A stretch of 64,000 nucleotides of DNA from Candidatus Latescibacterota bacterium. GTDB taxonomy: Bacteria; Latescibacterota; UBA2968; UBA8231. Each line of letters opens with the position of its first letter. The stretch's first letter is position 1. The position numbers and the translations under genes were made by a program. This document shows positions 9,258 to 19,380 of the stretch, piece after piece. The stretch spans positions 1,632,001 through 1,696,000 of the forward strand of contig CBDCSU010000006.1 in NCBI GenBank assembly GCA_965221775.1, written 5' to 3'. Under the pieces are notes generated by a model, which did not search any database, had not been told where the DNA came from, and worked only from the letters and a program-made list of their open reading frames with translations.

Positions 9258-10664
9258 CTAGAAGGTGCTCTCCTTCGTCGTCAGGGGGCACCATCTGGAG
9301 GTCTCGAGGAAGGGCAGCACCGCTTCCCGGGCCTGCCGGGTGCCGATCCTCAGCAGGGCCTGGGCCGCATCGCCGCGGACGTACCTGTCCTCGTCGTAGA
9401 GCACGTCTCGCAGGGCGGGAATCGCCTCTTCCCCGTGCGGCCCCAGGCGGACCAGGGCGAAGGCGGCGTTGCGGCGCACGCTGTCGTTCTCGTCGCCGAG
9501 GGCCTCGGCCAGGGGCGGGGCTGCCGCGGCGTCGGCCTGGGCGATCGTCCCCAGCGCCTCGGCGGCCTGGGCGCGGACCTGGGGCGACTCGTCCCGCAAC
9601 CGCCCGGTCAGGGCCGGAACCGCCGGCCCCGCCGCCAGGCCGATGTCCCCCAGGGTCTCGGCCGCCTCGGCGCGCTCGTGCTCGGCGGCGCCGGCCTGCA
9701 GCGAGTCGACCAGGGGTCCCACGGCCGCCTCTCCCATGGCGCTCAGGGCATGGCAGGCGTTGCGGCGCAACTCCTGGGAATCGGCGTGCAGCAGCCGCGT
9801 CAGCCCGGGGACCGCGGCGGCGCCGGCCCCGCTCAGGGCATAGGCGGCGCGCAGTCTGGCGCCCTCGCAGCCGTTCTCCATCCCGGCCAGCAGCTCCGCC
9901 AACTCCGACGAATCCGCGGCGACCTTCCCGTTCGGCGCCGCCCCGTTGCTGGTCCTGCCGAGGTGCCAGTCCCAGACGTGCTCGTACATCTTCCGGTCCA
10001 GCGCGCTCCCGTCCGCCGGCCAGCCGGAACCCTTGTTGCGCCAGCTCGGGGACCGCGGCTCCGCCGTGCGCGCGAAGAGGAACTTCATCATGTAGCGGTT
10101 GCGGTCGGTGCGGTTCGGGGTGGCCCGGTGGAAGAGGTCGTAGTGGACGATGGCCACGGTCCCGGCCGGGCCGCACAGGGGCAGCTCGGGGAAGGAGTCC
10201 ACGCCTTCCCGGGTAGCGTAGAAGTGGCTCCCGGGGACGACGGCGGTCGGGCCCAGTTCCTCCGGAGTGTCCTGGGGGTAGTAGAAGAGCAGGATCCGGC
10301 GAGTGTGGTGGGACCACCGGCTGGAGCCGTCCTGGTGCAGGTGCTGCCCCTCGCTGCCGGGCGGATTGAAGTGGCAGTGGCGGTGCGGCTGCGTGTAGTA
10401 GTCCTCCCCGAGAATGCTGGTCAGCCCTCCCCGAACCTCGGGGGAGTCGAGGACCTGCTGCACCGCGGGGATCCTCGGCACGAGGTTGTTGCCCGGGTTG
10501 CCCTCCTTCTCGAAGACCGTCTCCGTCTCGCCATGGATCCTCTCGTGCAGTCCGGCGTCCAGCTCCGGGCGCACGACCACGTATCCGTCGACGATGAACT
10601 GCCGCAGCTGATCGTCGGTCAGAAGTCGAAGCTCGGCCATGCTCTCGCAGTCCTTTCTATCCAC
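9258..10664 (-). CDS. PhyH dioxygenase fused to C-terminal HEAT repeats
   Basis: HQD, GPTAVVPGSH, LFHRA; repeated VR..AA.ALG.IG/L.D units; start may be ATG at 10640. Confidence 0.85.
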   Translation of the reverse strand: MDRKDCESMAELRLLTDDQLRQFIVDGYVVVRPELDAGLHERIHGETETVFEKEGNPGNNLVPRIPAVQQVLDSPEVRGGLTSILGEDYYTQPHRHCHFNPPGSEGQHLHQDGSSRWSHHTRRILLFYYPQDTPEELGPTAVVPGSHFYATREGVDSFPELPLCGPAGTVAIVHYDLFHRATPNRTDRNRYMMKFLFARTAEPRSPSWRNKGSGWPADGSALDRKMYEHVWDWHLGRTSNGAAPNGKVAADSSELAELLAGMENGCEGARLRAAYALSGAGAAAVPGLTRLLHADSQELRRNACHALSAMGEAAVGPLVDSLQAGAAEHERAEAAETLGDIGLAAGPAVPALTGRLRDESPQVRAQAAEALGTIAQADAAAAPPLAEALGDENDSVRRNAAFALVRLGPHGEEAIPALRDVLYDEDRYVRGDAAQALLRIGTRQAREAVLPFLETSRWCPLTTKESTF

Positions 10665-11664
10665 GGTGACTCTCCCACACCTCCACGTCGACGCGGCCTG
10701 ATGCGCCGCGGCCGGCGGCCACCCGCTTGCTCAAGGTAGCGCCGCGGCGGAAGCCCGCCGCGCCCAAGGCCTCGGCCTTGGGGTGCAGACCCGCGTCGCA
10801 GTAGGCCAGACAGGGGTGGCTTGCGGGTAGCTCCAGCTCCCGGAGCAGGGCCGCCCCCTGGTCCCAGAACGCCGGATGGCAGTACAGGTCGACGAGGCGG
10901 GCGTCCGGCCACAGGGGATGGTCCGACCACATGGCCAGGCCCACCACGGCCCGGGTCTTCTGCTGCACCAGGGCCACCGCTCGGGGAGGAAGTCCGTCGG
11001 CCTTGCGCTCGAGGCTGTCCTGCATCAGGGGCAGGAACGGCCCCTCGGTGGTGCGGCGGCCCCACAGCCCCAGGCCGGTGCCGCGCACGACGCCAGGGAA
11101 ATCACCCGCGAAGAGGGGCGTCGACGCCGGCCAGTGCAGCCAGCCGGCCGGTTCCGCGGCGGTCTCGCCCGGGGCGAAGAAAGCCGCCTCGAACTCCTCC
11201 CGGGAGGTGGTGTAGTACGACATCTGGCCGCTCTCCGGCTCGATGCTCGCGAAGCCGTGGGCCCGGTAGATGTGGTACGCCGGGGAGTCGTACCCCGTGC
11301 CCAGGAACAGGGCCTGGCCGCCGCGCCGCCGGAAGTCGTCCATGAGGCGGGCCTGCAGCTGCGTGGCCGCCCCCTGGCGGCGGTCCTCGGGGCGGGTGTA
11401 GACGTGGCCGAGGAGCCCCGCGCCGCGGTGCTCGATGGTCATGATGTTGGCGAAGGGATCGCCATTCCGCGACAGCAGGTAGTAGAACACGCCGAGGCCC
11501 GTCCCGGTGCGCAGGACCTGCTCGTTGCCCCAGCGCCAGTGCGGGCCCTTGTGGCTCAGCAGACCTTCCACGCGCGGGGCCCATTGGAGGTCGGGGCCCT
11601 GCACGACGCCGGCGTCCACGGTTTCACCCGACTTGAGGGCGATGCGGTCGAGAGGGCGGTACAT
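10657..11664 (-). CDS. GNAT family N-acetyltransferase
   Basis: HVYTRPEDRRQGAA acetyl-CoA motif A; AYHIYRAHGF. Confidence 0.8.
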   Translation of the reverse strand: MYRPLDRIALKSGETVDAGVVQGPDLQWAPRVEGLLSHKGPHWRWGNEQVLRTGTGLGVFYYLLSRNGDPFANIMTIEHRGAGLLGHVYTRPEDRRQGAATQLQARLMDDFRRRGGQALFLGTGYDSPAYHIYRAHGFASIEPESGQMSYYTTSREEFEAAFFAPGETAAEPAGWLHWPASTPLFAGDFPGVVRGTGLGLWGRRTTEGPFLPLMQDSLERKADGLPPRAVALVQQKTRAVVGLAMWSDHPLWPDARLVDLYCHPAFWDQGAALLRELELPASHPCLAYCDAGLHPKAEALGAAGFRRGATLSKRVAAGRGASGRVDVEVWESHRG

Positions 11665-12899
11665 CAGCCGGCCTCTCCCAGCACCTCGCGCGCGACTCTG
11701 AGGATGTTGCCGCCGAGGATCTTGCGGATGTCGTCATCCGCATACCCCCGCTGCACCAGGCCGACCGTGAAGAGAGGGAAGTTCGTCCACGCCATGCTCT
11801 GCACCATGGGCTCCCGGCGCCACTCCGGGCGCCCCACGGGATCGTCGGCCGGCCACAGGGCCTCCCAGCGCCGGCGGACCCCGCGCCGACCCCGGACCTT
11901 GGCGTTCTCCTCCCGGGAGCGGCAACTGACGTAGGCGCGGTCCGTGCCGATCGTCACGTGATCGACGCCGACGACCTTCACCGCGTGGTCGATGTGGTCG
12001 AGCATGGCGTCGACGCAGCCGCTGCCGCCGAGGAAGGCGGGCACGTTGGTGATGCCCAGGGTCCCGCCCTTGTCGGCGATGGCCCGCATCACCTCGTCCG
12101 GCTTGCCGCGGTGGTGGTGGTTCAGGGCGGCGCAGGCGGAGTGGCTGGAGACGATCGGCTTCCGCGACGCCTCGGCCGTCTCCAGGCAGGTGCGCCACCC
12201 GGTGTGGGCCACGTCGATGATCACGCCGACCCTGTTCATCTCGGCGATCACCGCGCGGCCGAAGTCGCTCAGACCGGCGTTGGCCGGCTCGGCGCAGCCG
12301 TCGCCGATCGGATTGCGGCGGTTGTAGGTCAGGTGCATCATGCGGCAACCGAGCTCGAAGAGCAGGCTGATGAAGCGCAGCTCCTGCTCGACCGTGGCCT
12401 GCTCGCCCGGCAGGGGGACGCCGTTGCAGGTCTGGTAGATGCAGTGCCGTCCGGCGGCCTTGGCGGCGGCGATGTCGCCGGGGAAGGCGGCGCGGGAGAC
12501 GTGGTCGCGCATGCGGTCCGTCAGGTGGGTGTAGTGGGCCAGCCGCCCCAGCATGCGCATGGGGTCGTTGCCCTCCTCGCCGGTGTTCTGGAAGGAGCAG
12601 GTCACGCCGGAAGCCTCCCAGGCCGCCAGGTACTCCGCCTTCAGCTCGTCGTCGGCGGCCCAGCGGGTCATGCGCATCCGCTCCGACAGGTACTGCAGCT
12701 CCACCTCCGAGGCCCCCGACTCGACGGCTTTCGCCACGGCCTCGCCGTCGATCGGGGCCTGCAGCCCGAGGCTGTACGACTCGCAGACGACGGCGTCCCG
12801 GTGCAGGGCCAGCCCGTGCTCCAGCTGCGACTCGGACGGCTGCAGGATCGCGAGGGCCGCGTCCCTCGCCTGCTGGATGCCCTCTTCCCAGGGATTCAC
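11664..12899 (-). CDS. Membrane dipeptidase (M19) family, atypical metal site
   Basis: GTG start (GTGA overlap); LTYNRRN, GLSDFG..VIAEMNRVG.IIDVAH, SHS, GTD, KILGGN. Confidence 0.85.
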   Translation of the reverse strand: MNPWEEGIQQARDAALAILQPSESQLEHGLALHRDAVVCESYSLGLQAPIDGEAVAKAVESGASEVELQYLSERMRMTRWAADDELKAEYLAAWEASGVTCSFQNTGEEGNDPMRMLGRLAHYTHLTDRMRDHVSRAAFPGDIAAAKAAGRHCIYQTCNGVPLPGEQATVEQELRFISLLFELGCRMMHLTYNRRNPIGDGCAEPANAGLSDFGRAVIAEMNRVGVIIDVAHTGWRTCLETAEASRKPIVSSHSACAALNHHHRGKPDEVMRAIADKGGTLGITNVPAFLGGSGCVDAMLDHIDHAVKVVGVDHVTIGTDRAYVSCRSREENAKVRGRRGVRRRWEALWPADDPVGRPEWRREPMVQSMAWTNFPLFTVGLVQRGYADDDIRKILGGNILRVAREVLGEAG

Positions 12900-13741
12900 A
12901 CGACGCCCCACTTCACCCGTCCCAGCTCGCGCGACCGCTCCCCGTCGTACGCGGGATCGATGTCGAAGTCGCGATCCAGCCACAGCACCTCGCGCTGCTC
13001 CGGAGTCAGCGCGTCGACCAGCTCGGGGGTCAGGTAGTCCCCCCAGGTGAAGCGATGGTTGTCGACCGTGTGGGGGTGGAACAACCAGTGGCTCATGTAG
13101 CGGCCCTCGTTCGTGCGGTTGAGCCAGGTCGCGTGGAACAGCCTCGAGTGGCGCACGATCAACTGGTGGGGCTCCACCTCGAGGGAGATCTCCTCGGCGA
13201 GGGGGACGTCCTCCCAGCCGTCGTCGGCCGGGGACCCGGGGATTCCACGTTCATCGCGGAGGCGGGCGGCCCTCTCCTGCAGAGAGGCGGGCGGCGCGGC
13301 GTGACTGCCCGGCACGATGCGCAGGCACCCGTTCTCCCGCGAGGCTCCGGAGAAGTAGTGCATGAACTCCGCCCACTCGGGCCCGCCGTCGACGTGCCAC
13401 CCAACGGACCGGTCCGGCGCCTGCTCGTTGATGCCGCCGTTGCGCAGGTAGATGTCGCTCGCTCCGTTCAGCTGGCGGGCGAGCTCCACGATCTCGGGAT
13501 GCAGGATGATCTTCAGGAACGGCAGGGAGTGATCGAGGGCGCACCAGTAGGAGTCTTCCACCTGGGGCCGCAGGCGGAAGTGATTCCTCTTGCTGCCGTC
13601 GGCCGGACCCTCCGATGGATCCCGGGTCGTCCTCTCGACCGCTGCCATGCACTCCTCGGTGAGGCTCTCGGGGAACGGACAGTCGACGATCACGTAGCCG
13701 AGGGTGCGGTACTGCTCGAGTTGTCGCTCGCTGAACTTCAT
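12896..13741 (-). CDS. PhyH family dioxygenase
   Basis: Start MKFSERQLEQY; WHVD, ENGCLRIVPGSH, LFHA. Confidence 0.85.
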   Translation of the reverse strand: MKFSERQLEQYRTLGYVIVDCPFPESLTEECMAAVERTTRDPSEGPADGSKRNHFRLRPQVEDSYWCALDHSLPFLKIILHPEIVELARQLNGASDIYLRNGGINEQAPDRSVGWHVDGGPEWAEFMHYFSGASRENGCLRIVPGSHAAPPASLQERAARLRDERGIPGSPADDGWEDVPLAEEISLEVEPHQLIVRHSRLFHATWLNRTNEGRYMSHWLFHPHTVDNHRFTWGDYLTPELVDALTPEQREVLWLDRDFDIDPAYDGERSRELGRVKWGVV

Positions 13742-13833
13742 GCTTCCACCATGACCCGCTCGAGGCCGTCCTGCTCCTCGCTGCCGTGGTCGTCGAGGAA
13801 CAGCTGCCGCTCGCCGCCGATGTGGATTGTCAT
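13738..13833 (-). pseudogene. 31-aa remnant of a beta-propeller glycosidase-like gene
   Basis: Translates MTIHIGGERQLFLDDHGSEEQDGLERVMVEA*; RQLFLDD resembles N-termini of GH-like propellers; ATGA overlap with next gene. Confidence 0.5.
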
Positions 13834-13863
13834 GGGTCTGAGGCCCGATGCCACCCCGCTCGT

Positions 13864-14367
13864 CTACTGGCCGGGTTGCAGACGCGAGGAAAACCTCCGC
13901 AGGACTTCTCTCGAGATGTGATGAGGATTGTTGGCATGGATCCTCTCCGCCGCCGCCAGAGCACGCGAGGCCGAGAGAGCCCCTTCCGAAACCAGATCGA
14001 GCATGAGTTCCAACCCCCACCTCGTCCGGACATTGTGTTCACTGCAGATTCGACGAAGAAGGCGGTCATTGGTCAGGCAGACCCAGTCGTTCTCCCGGCA
14101 GACGTGGAGCGACAGGCGATCGTAGCGTGAGAGTCTTCGTGGGAGTTCCTCCAATTGGAGCAGGGTCTCGGGTCCAACCTCGATCACCCTCAGTCCGATT
14201 TCTCCGCACCGTGCGAGGCTCAGGTCATCCACTTCATCGACAACGTCTCGCAGGACATGGACCGGGGCGAGATGCTGAACGACCAGCGCAAGAATCGCCA
14301 AGTCCGAGTCCCGGTAATCGATCAGTACATTCGCGTCCGACAGAAGTACCGCCGGCCGGTCGGGCAT
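13864..14367 (-). CDS. PIN-domain protein (putative toxin/nuclease)
   Basis: LLSDANVLIDY, E, D, LTNDR.LRR acidic PIN pattern; starts 1 nt after upstream stop. Confidence 0.75.
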   Translation of the reverse strand: MPDRPAVLLSDANVLIDYRDSDLAILALVVQHLAPVHVLRDVVDEVDDLSLARCGEIGLRVIEVGPETLLQLEELPRRLSRYDRLSLHVCRENDWVCLTNDRLLRRICSEHNVRTRWGLELMLDLVSEGALSASRALAAAERIHANNPHHISREVLRRFSSRLQPGQ

Positions 14368-14368
14368 C

Positions 14369-15496
14369 TCATGCTGCCCATTCTGCGGCCAACTGGCGCA
14401 TGTCCACCAGGGACATGCCCAGGATCTCGGCCCCCCGGCCGAGTGAGATCTCCTCGGCCTCGACACCTCGGCGGACCAGGCGCCGAAGTCTGTCGTCGAG
14501 GCAGTCGGCAGCAGAGAGACGGTCCGGCTCAAGCCCCCGTTTGTCGCTGAACTCGCTCTCTGTCAACGGCTGAGGTTCATCTACCTTCTTCAGGGTCCGC
14601 CCCCACCGCCTACGGTGCTGCACCTGGAAGATACCGAAGACCTCCCGAGGGGCTTCTTCCATCTGCACCAAGCGGAGCAGCACCGTCTTGTAGCTCACGT
14701 GGAAGATCCGCTTGACTTTGAGGACGCGTTCGTACAGTGGGTGCCCGCTTGAGTCACACCACTCCCGCTCAAAGGAGTCCTGAGGCATCAGGAAGAAGCT
14801 GGCGAACTCATCCGCCTGCCTCTCCTCATCCATGGGTTCCTCCTCCTGCCTGTAGTCGTATGCGCCCGGGTGCAGAAGCAAGTGGCCCAGCTCATGCGCA
14901 GCAGAGAAGATCCACCGCTCGACAGAAATCCGCTCCCAAGTGTTGATGACGATCGCGGGTCCTCCGTCGTCTTCCTTGACCGAGAGCCCGAAGAACGCCT
15001 CGGTCGCTCGTGGGAGACGGAGCACCTTGACGCCGCATCCTTCCAGCAACCCGCAGATGTCGTAGATGGGCTGATGGTCGTACTCAAGGTGCTTCCGAAC
15101 CCTCTCGGCCACGGCCCGCGGGCCTCCTTGCCGCTGATTACGGAGCCCTTGGAGTTCAAAGGGCGCGGTATCCTCCAGCAACTCCTCAAGGAATCCATAG
15201 TCCTCGAGCCAATTCGAAACCTCGGCCAGCAGCTGCTCCCGCTCTCGCACCCGCTTTCGAGCGCGGAAGCGTACGGTGCTCAGGGGCCGCACGGTGGCCG
15301 CGAGTTGGGCAGGAGAGACCCCTAACGCGCGCGCCAGCGCCCGCATGGTGGAGGTCCGCGGCAGCGCCTCGCCCCGTTCGATCTTGCCCAGTCCAAGACG
15401 TGACAGCCGTGCGCGCTCAGCAAGTGCCTTCTGGCTCATGCTTTTCGAAACCCGCAGCCGCACCACATTGGTGCCGATCACGTTCTCTATGGACAT
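14369..15496 (-). CDS. XRE HTH + ImmA/IrrE metallopeptidase fusion
   Basis: N-terminal SQKALAE...IERG HTH; FSAAHELGH (HExxH); E..ADEFASFFLMP. Confidence 0.9.
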   Translation of the reverse strand: MSIENVIGTNVVRLRVSKSMSQKALAERARLSRLGLGKIERGEALPRTSTMRALARALGVSPAQLAATVRPLSTVRFRARKRVREREQLLAEVSNWLEDYGFLEELLEDTAPFELQGLRNQRQGGPRAVAERVRKHLEYDHQPIYDICGLLEGCGVKVLRLPRATEAFFGLSVKEDDGGPAIVINTWERISVERWIFSAAHELGHLLLHPGAYDYRQEEEPMDEERQADEFASFFLMPQDSFEREWCDSSGHPLYERVLKVKRIFHVSYKTVLLRLVQMEEAPREVFGIFQVQHRRRWGRTLKKVDEPQPLTESEFSDKRGLEPDRLSAADCLDDRLRRLVRRGVEAEEISLGRGAEILGMSLVDMRQLAAEWAA

Positions 15497-15807
15497 CCTG
15501 GCTCCCTGCTGGGGGAATTGCTGGGCGGGGAGGTCGCCCCGCTTAAGTTATCTTCGCGACACCGCACTGTCCAGTTGTATATTTCTCTCTGTGTTTTGGG
15601 CCCGCCTCAAGCAGCCCATCGATACCTCGGATACCTCATGGAGCTTGCCGTTACCTGGACGATCTGCTGTGCGCCTCACCTACTAAACCCCGATCCTGTC
15701 CATGTCAATCTCTCCCTCCAAGGATCGAGGCCACCGTCTTGAGAGCCTAGTAGCGGCTCTCTATAGTAGCCTCAAGACACGCAAGGAATCGGACGGGAGA
15801 AACCATC

Positions 15808-16551
15808 GTGAAAGTGGCCGTCATGGGCGCCGCGGGGTGGGCCGGGCGGGCGGTGCTCGAGAACTTCGCCGGCCGCCACGAGGTGCGCGCCTTCGATCAC
15901 AACCCCGAAGCCTGGTCGGTGTACCGCAAGTTCGACGGCGACTGGGAGGGCGACAAGCACTACGGGGACCTGGCCGACTTCCACGCCGTCCACAGAACCC
16001 TCGAAGGCATGGACGGCGTCGTCCACCTGGCCGCCTACTTCGGGTACGAGGGACCCCACGAGGACGATGTGAACCCCTTTCTCATCAACGTCAAGGGGAT
16101 GTGGAACGTACTGGAGTCGGCCCGGCGGCACGGGCTCAAGCGCGTCGTGCACATGAGCTCCTGCGTCGTGCAGCATCCGGACGGGCGGTTCCTGTCGTCG
16201 GACGTGCGCAGCAAGGAAGGCACCCTCTACGGCATCACCAAGCGCCTGCAGGAGGAGATGTGCCGCCAGTTCCACGACGCCTACGGCCTGCGCATCATCA
16301 TCTTCCGTCCGGCCAGCATCGGTGACAGCCGGCTGGGGATCTCTCGCGACGGCGGCCCCGCCCGCGGCGGCATCAGCTGGGTCTGCCGGCACGATCTGGC
16401 CGAGGCCTGCCACCTGGCCCTCGAATCGGAGACCATCGACTTCGACATCATGCACACGGCCAGCCACCCGGAGGCGGACCGCTACTGCAACGTCGCCCGC
16501 TCTCGGGAGCTGCTGGGTCTGGAGTACAAGGGGCACTTCCCCGGCGACTGA
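15808..16551 (+). CDS. NAD-dependent epimerase/dehydratase (extended SDR)
   Basis: GAAGWAG, VHLAA, YGITK (YxxxK). Confidence 0.85.
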   Translation: MKVAVMGAAGWAGRAVLENFAGRHEVRAFDHNPEAWSVYRKFDGDWEGDKHYGDLADFHAVHRTLEGMDGVVHLAAYFGYEGPHEDDVNPFLINVKGMWNVLESARRHGLKRVVHMSSCVVQHPDGRFLSSDVRSKEGTLYGITKRLQEEMCRQFHDAYGLRIIIFRPASIGDSRLGISRDGGPARGGISWVCRHDLAEACHLALESETIDFDIMHTASHPEADRYCNVARSRELLGLEYKGHFPGD

Positions 16552-16601
16552 CTGCCGCCCGGCCGGCGGAAACGCCGCGCCCGCCGCTCCTGCCAGCCCT
16601 C

Positions 16602-18567
16602 ATGACGCGCCTCGGCTTTCGCTGGGTAGTCCTCTACTTCCTCTCCATCCTCCTGCCGGCCTCCCTGCTGGCCTTCCTGAGCGTGCGTTCCCTGAGCGAT
16701 GTCCGGGAGAGTGTGCTGCGGGAGTTGCGCTCCAAGGCCGGGCTGGCGCAGGACGCCTTCGACCGCGTCATGCAGAGCCGCGCCCAGCTCCTGGCCGCCT
16801 ATGTGGAGGAAGGCGGCATGGACCCGCGCCGGTACGCGGGCTTTTCCGAGATCGCCCAGATCTTCGTCGTCGATGCCGCCGGCGTGCTGCGTCACCCATC
16901 GGTCCGGCCTCTGAGCCTGCAGGAGCCCCGGGCGGCCTTCGCGGCACAGATGGAGAAAGCCGGAGAACGCGAGTTCGGCCGCCGGGACCTGGCCGGCGCC
17001 GCAAGGCTCTACGACCAGGCCTGGAAGGAGGCCCTCAGTCCCGCGGAGGAGGCCGAAGCCCTCAACGCCCTCTCCCGCTGCGCTCTCGAAGGGAAGGACG
17101 AGGTCACGGCCGAGGAGGCGCACCGAAGGCTGGTGGCCCTCCACGGCCAGGTCTTCGACGCCGACGGGGCCCATCCCGTCACCCTGAGCCATCTGCGCCT
17201 GGGCCGCCATGCCGCGCCGCCGCGGGCCCAGGCGAGTCTGATGGCCTGGACAGGGGCCCTGCTCCAGGGCCGCTATCCCCTCTACGCCGGCTGCGGGCAG
17301 GCCCTGCAGGAGGTCCGCGCCCTGGCCGAGGGCCGGCTGGCGGAGATGGAGGACCGGCCCGTCCTGCTGGAGAGGTTGAGCCTGATCGAGGAAGCCCTGG
17401 ACTTCGCGCAGCACTTCGGCCCCCTGTTGGAGGCCCGGTGGGACACGGCCCGGGAGCGGGGCTACCTGTCCGGAGCGGGCGACGACGGGGAGAGTTTCCT
17501 CATGCTCCTGGATGCGGTCGAAGGAGGCGGCGCGGCGGGCATCCTCTTCGACTGGGAGGCGCTCACCGGCCTGGTGCGGGAGCAGGTGGCGGGCCTGGAG
17601 GACCGGGGGTATGCCCTCGCTCTCTTCGACGCCGACGCGGAACCCGCCTTTGCGGCCCTCCATCGGGAGACGATCCACGAGACCGGACCGGCCAGCCGCT
17701 GGATGGACCGGGTGCGGGTCGGCATCTGGGCGCCCGACACCACCGCGGCCACCGGCTACTATCACACGCGCAACTGGCTGGTGGGGGGCGGCATCTTCGC
17801 CCTGGCCGTATCCGTGGTCCTGGGAGGGCTCCTTATCCTGCGGGACGCGGGACGAGAGGTGCAGGTGGCCCGCCTGCGGTCGGAGTTCGTCGCCAATGTG
17901 TCGCACGAGCTGCGCACCCCGCTCACCACGATCCGCATGTACGCCGAGACCCTGCTCCTGGGCCGCCACCGGTCGGACCAGCAAATGCGGGACTACCTGA
18001 CCACCCTCCTGCACGAGAGCCGGCGCCTCTCCCGCCTGGTGGACAATGTCCTCGACTTCGCCCGCATCGAGCGCGGCGACCGGACCTACCAGCGCCGGCC
18101 CTGCGACCTGGGGGAGGCGGCCCGGGCGGCCCTGGAGACATTCGGCGGCGTCTTCGCGACGGAAGGCTTCGAGGTGGAGGAGGCGATCGCCGGGCCGCTG
18201 CCCCCGGTACTGGCCGATCAGGAGGCGGTGGAAGGCGCGGTGGCCAACATCCTGGGCAACGCCGTCAAGTACTCGCCCGGGACGAAGGCCGTCCGCGTGG
18301 CCGTGGAACAGCGCGAAGCCGAGGTGATGGTGGAGGTGGCCGACCGCGGCATCGGCCTCCCCGCGGGCGAGGAGAAGCGCATCTTCGAGCAGTTCCACCG
18401 GGGGGCCAACGCGGCCAGCACGGCGGGGACAGGCCTGGGCTTGTCCCTGGTCCGGAACGTGGTCGAAGCACACGGAGGCCGGGTGGAGGCAGCCCAGCCG
18501 GCCGGGCGGAGGCAGCGTCTTCCGCCTCTACTTCCCGCTCCATGAGGGGGACACGGACCATGCCTAG
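16602..18567 (+). CDS. Sensor histidine kinase with one extra base near 3' end
   Basis: Two TM segments, SHELRTPL H-box, NAVKYS, DRGIG, GTGLGL; removing one C at 18493-18495 restores ASRPGGGSVFRLYFP...HA*. Confidence 0.85.
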
Positions 18568-19241
18568 GATCTCTGGTCGTCGAGGACGAGGCGGCCATCG
18601 CCCGGGTGCTGGTCGACAACCTGATCTACGAAGGCCACGAGGCCGAGGCGGTCGCCGACGGCGCCGAGGGGCTGGAGCGGGCCCTGGCCTGCAAGCCGGA
18701 CCTGATTCTCCTCGACGTGGTCCTGCCCACCATGGATGGATACGAGGTCTGCCGCCGCCTGCGCGCCCGGGGATCGGCGACGCCCATCATCATGCTCACG
18801 GCCCGCGGCGAGGAGGTGGACAAAGTCCTGGGCCTGGAGCTGGGAGCCGACGACTACGTCACCAAGCCGGTGGGGGTCCGAGAGTTGATGGCCCGCATCA
18901 AGGCGGTGCTGCGACGGGGCGAGCCGGAGGCCGCGGCCGGGGCGGTGCTGGAGTTCGGCCCGGCGCGGGTCGACTTCGACCGCCACGAGGCGACCATGGA
19001 GGGCGGCACTGTGCACCTGTCCCCCAAGGCCTTCGGGGTGCTCCGCCTTCTGTGGGAGAGCGGGGGCCGCACCCTGACGAGGGCGCAGATCCTCCAGCAG
19101 GTATGGGGGTACGTGGTCTACCCCACCACGCGAACGGTGGACAACCACATCGCCGAACTGCGGAGCCGCCTGGAGCCCGACCCGTCGCGCCCGCGCCACC
19201 TGCTCACGGTACACGGGGTGGGGTACCGCTTCGTGGAGTGA
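18560..19241 (+). CDS. OmpR/PhoB family response regulator with one extra base near 5' end
   Basis: Removing T18572 gives MPRILVVEDE; LLDVVLP..DG, GADDYVTKP, RTVDNHI, TVHGVGYRF. Confidence 0.9.
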
Positions 19242-19264
19242 TGCCTCGGCCGCCAGGCCCGGCA

Positions 19265-19302
19265 GTACAACCTTTTTGCACCTCCATGACATATCCGTGA
19301 CA
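19265..19302 (+). promoter_or_regulatory. Putative OmpR/PhoB-type operator, four half-sites at 11-bp period
   Basis: GTACA(19265), TTGCA(19276), TGACA(19287), TGACA(19298). Confidence 0.55.
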
Positions 19303-19380
19303 ACCCGGATCGCCCCGGTCCGCAGGTTTGCGGGTGAGCCTGACGACGCGCATCCGCCCACCCGAACCGGGAGGTCCACC

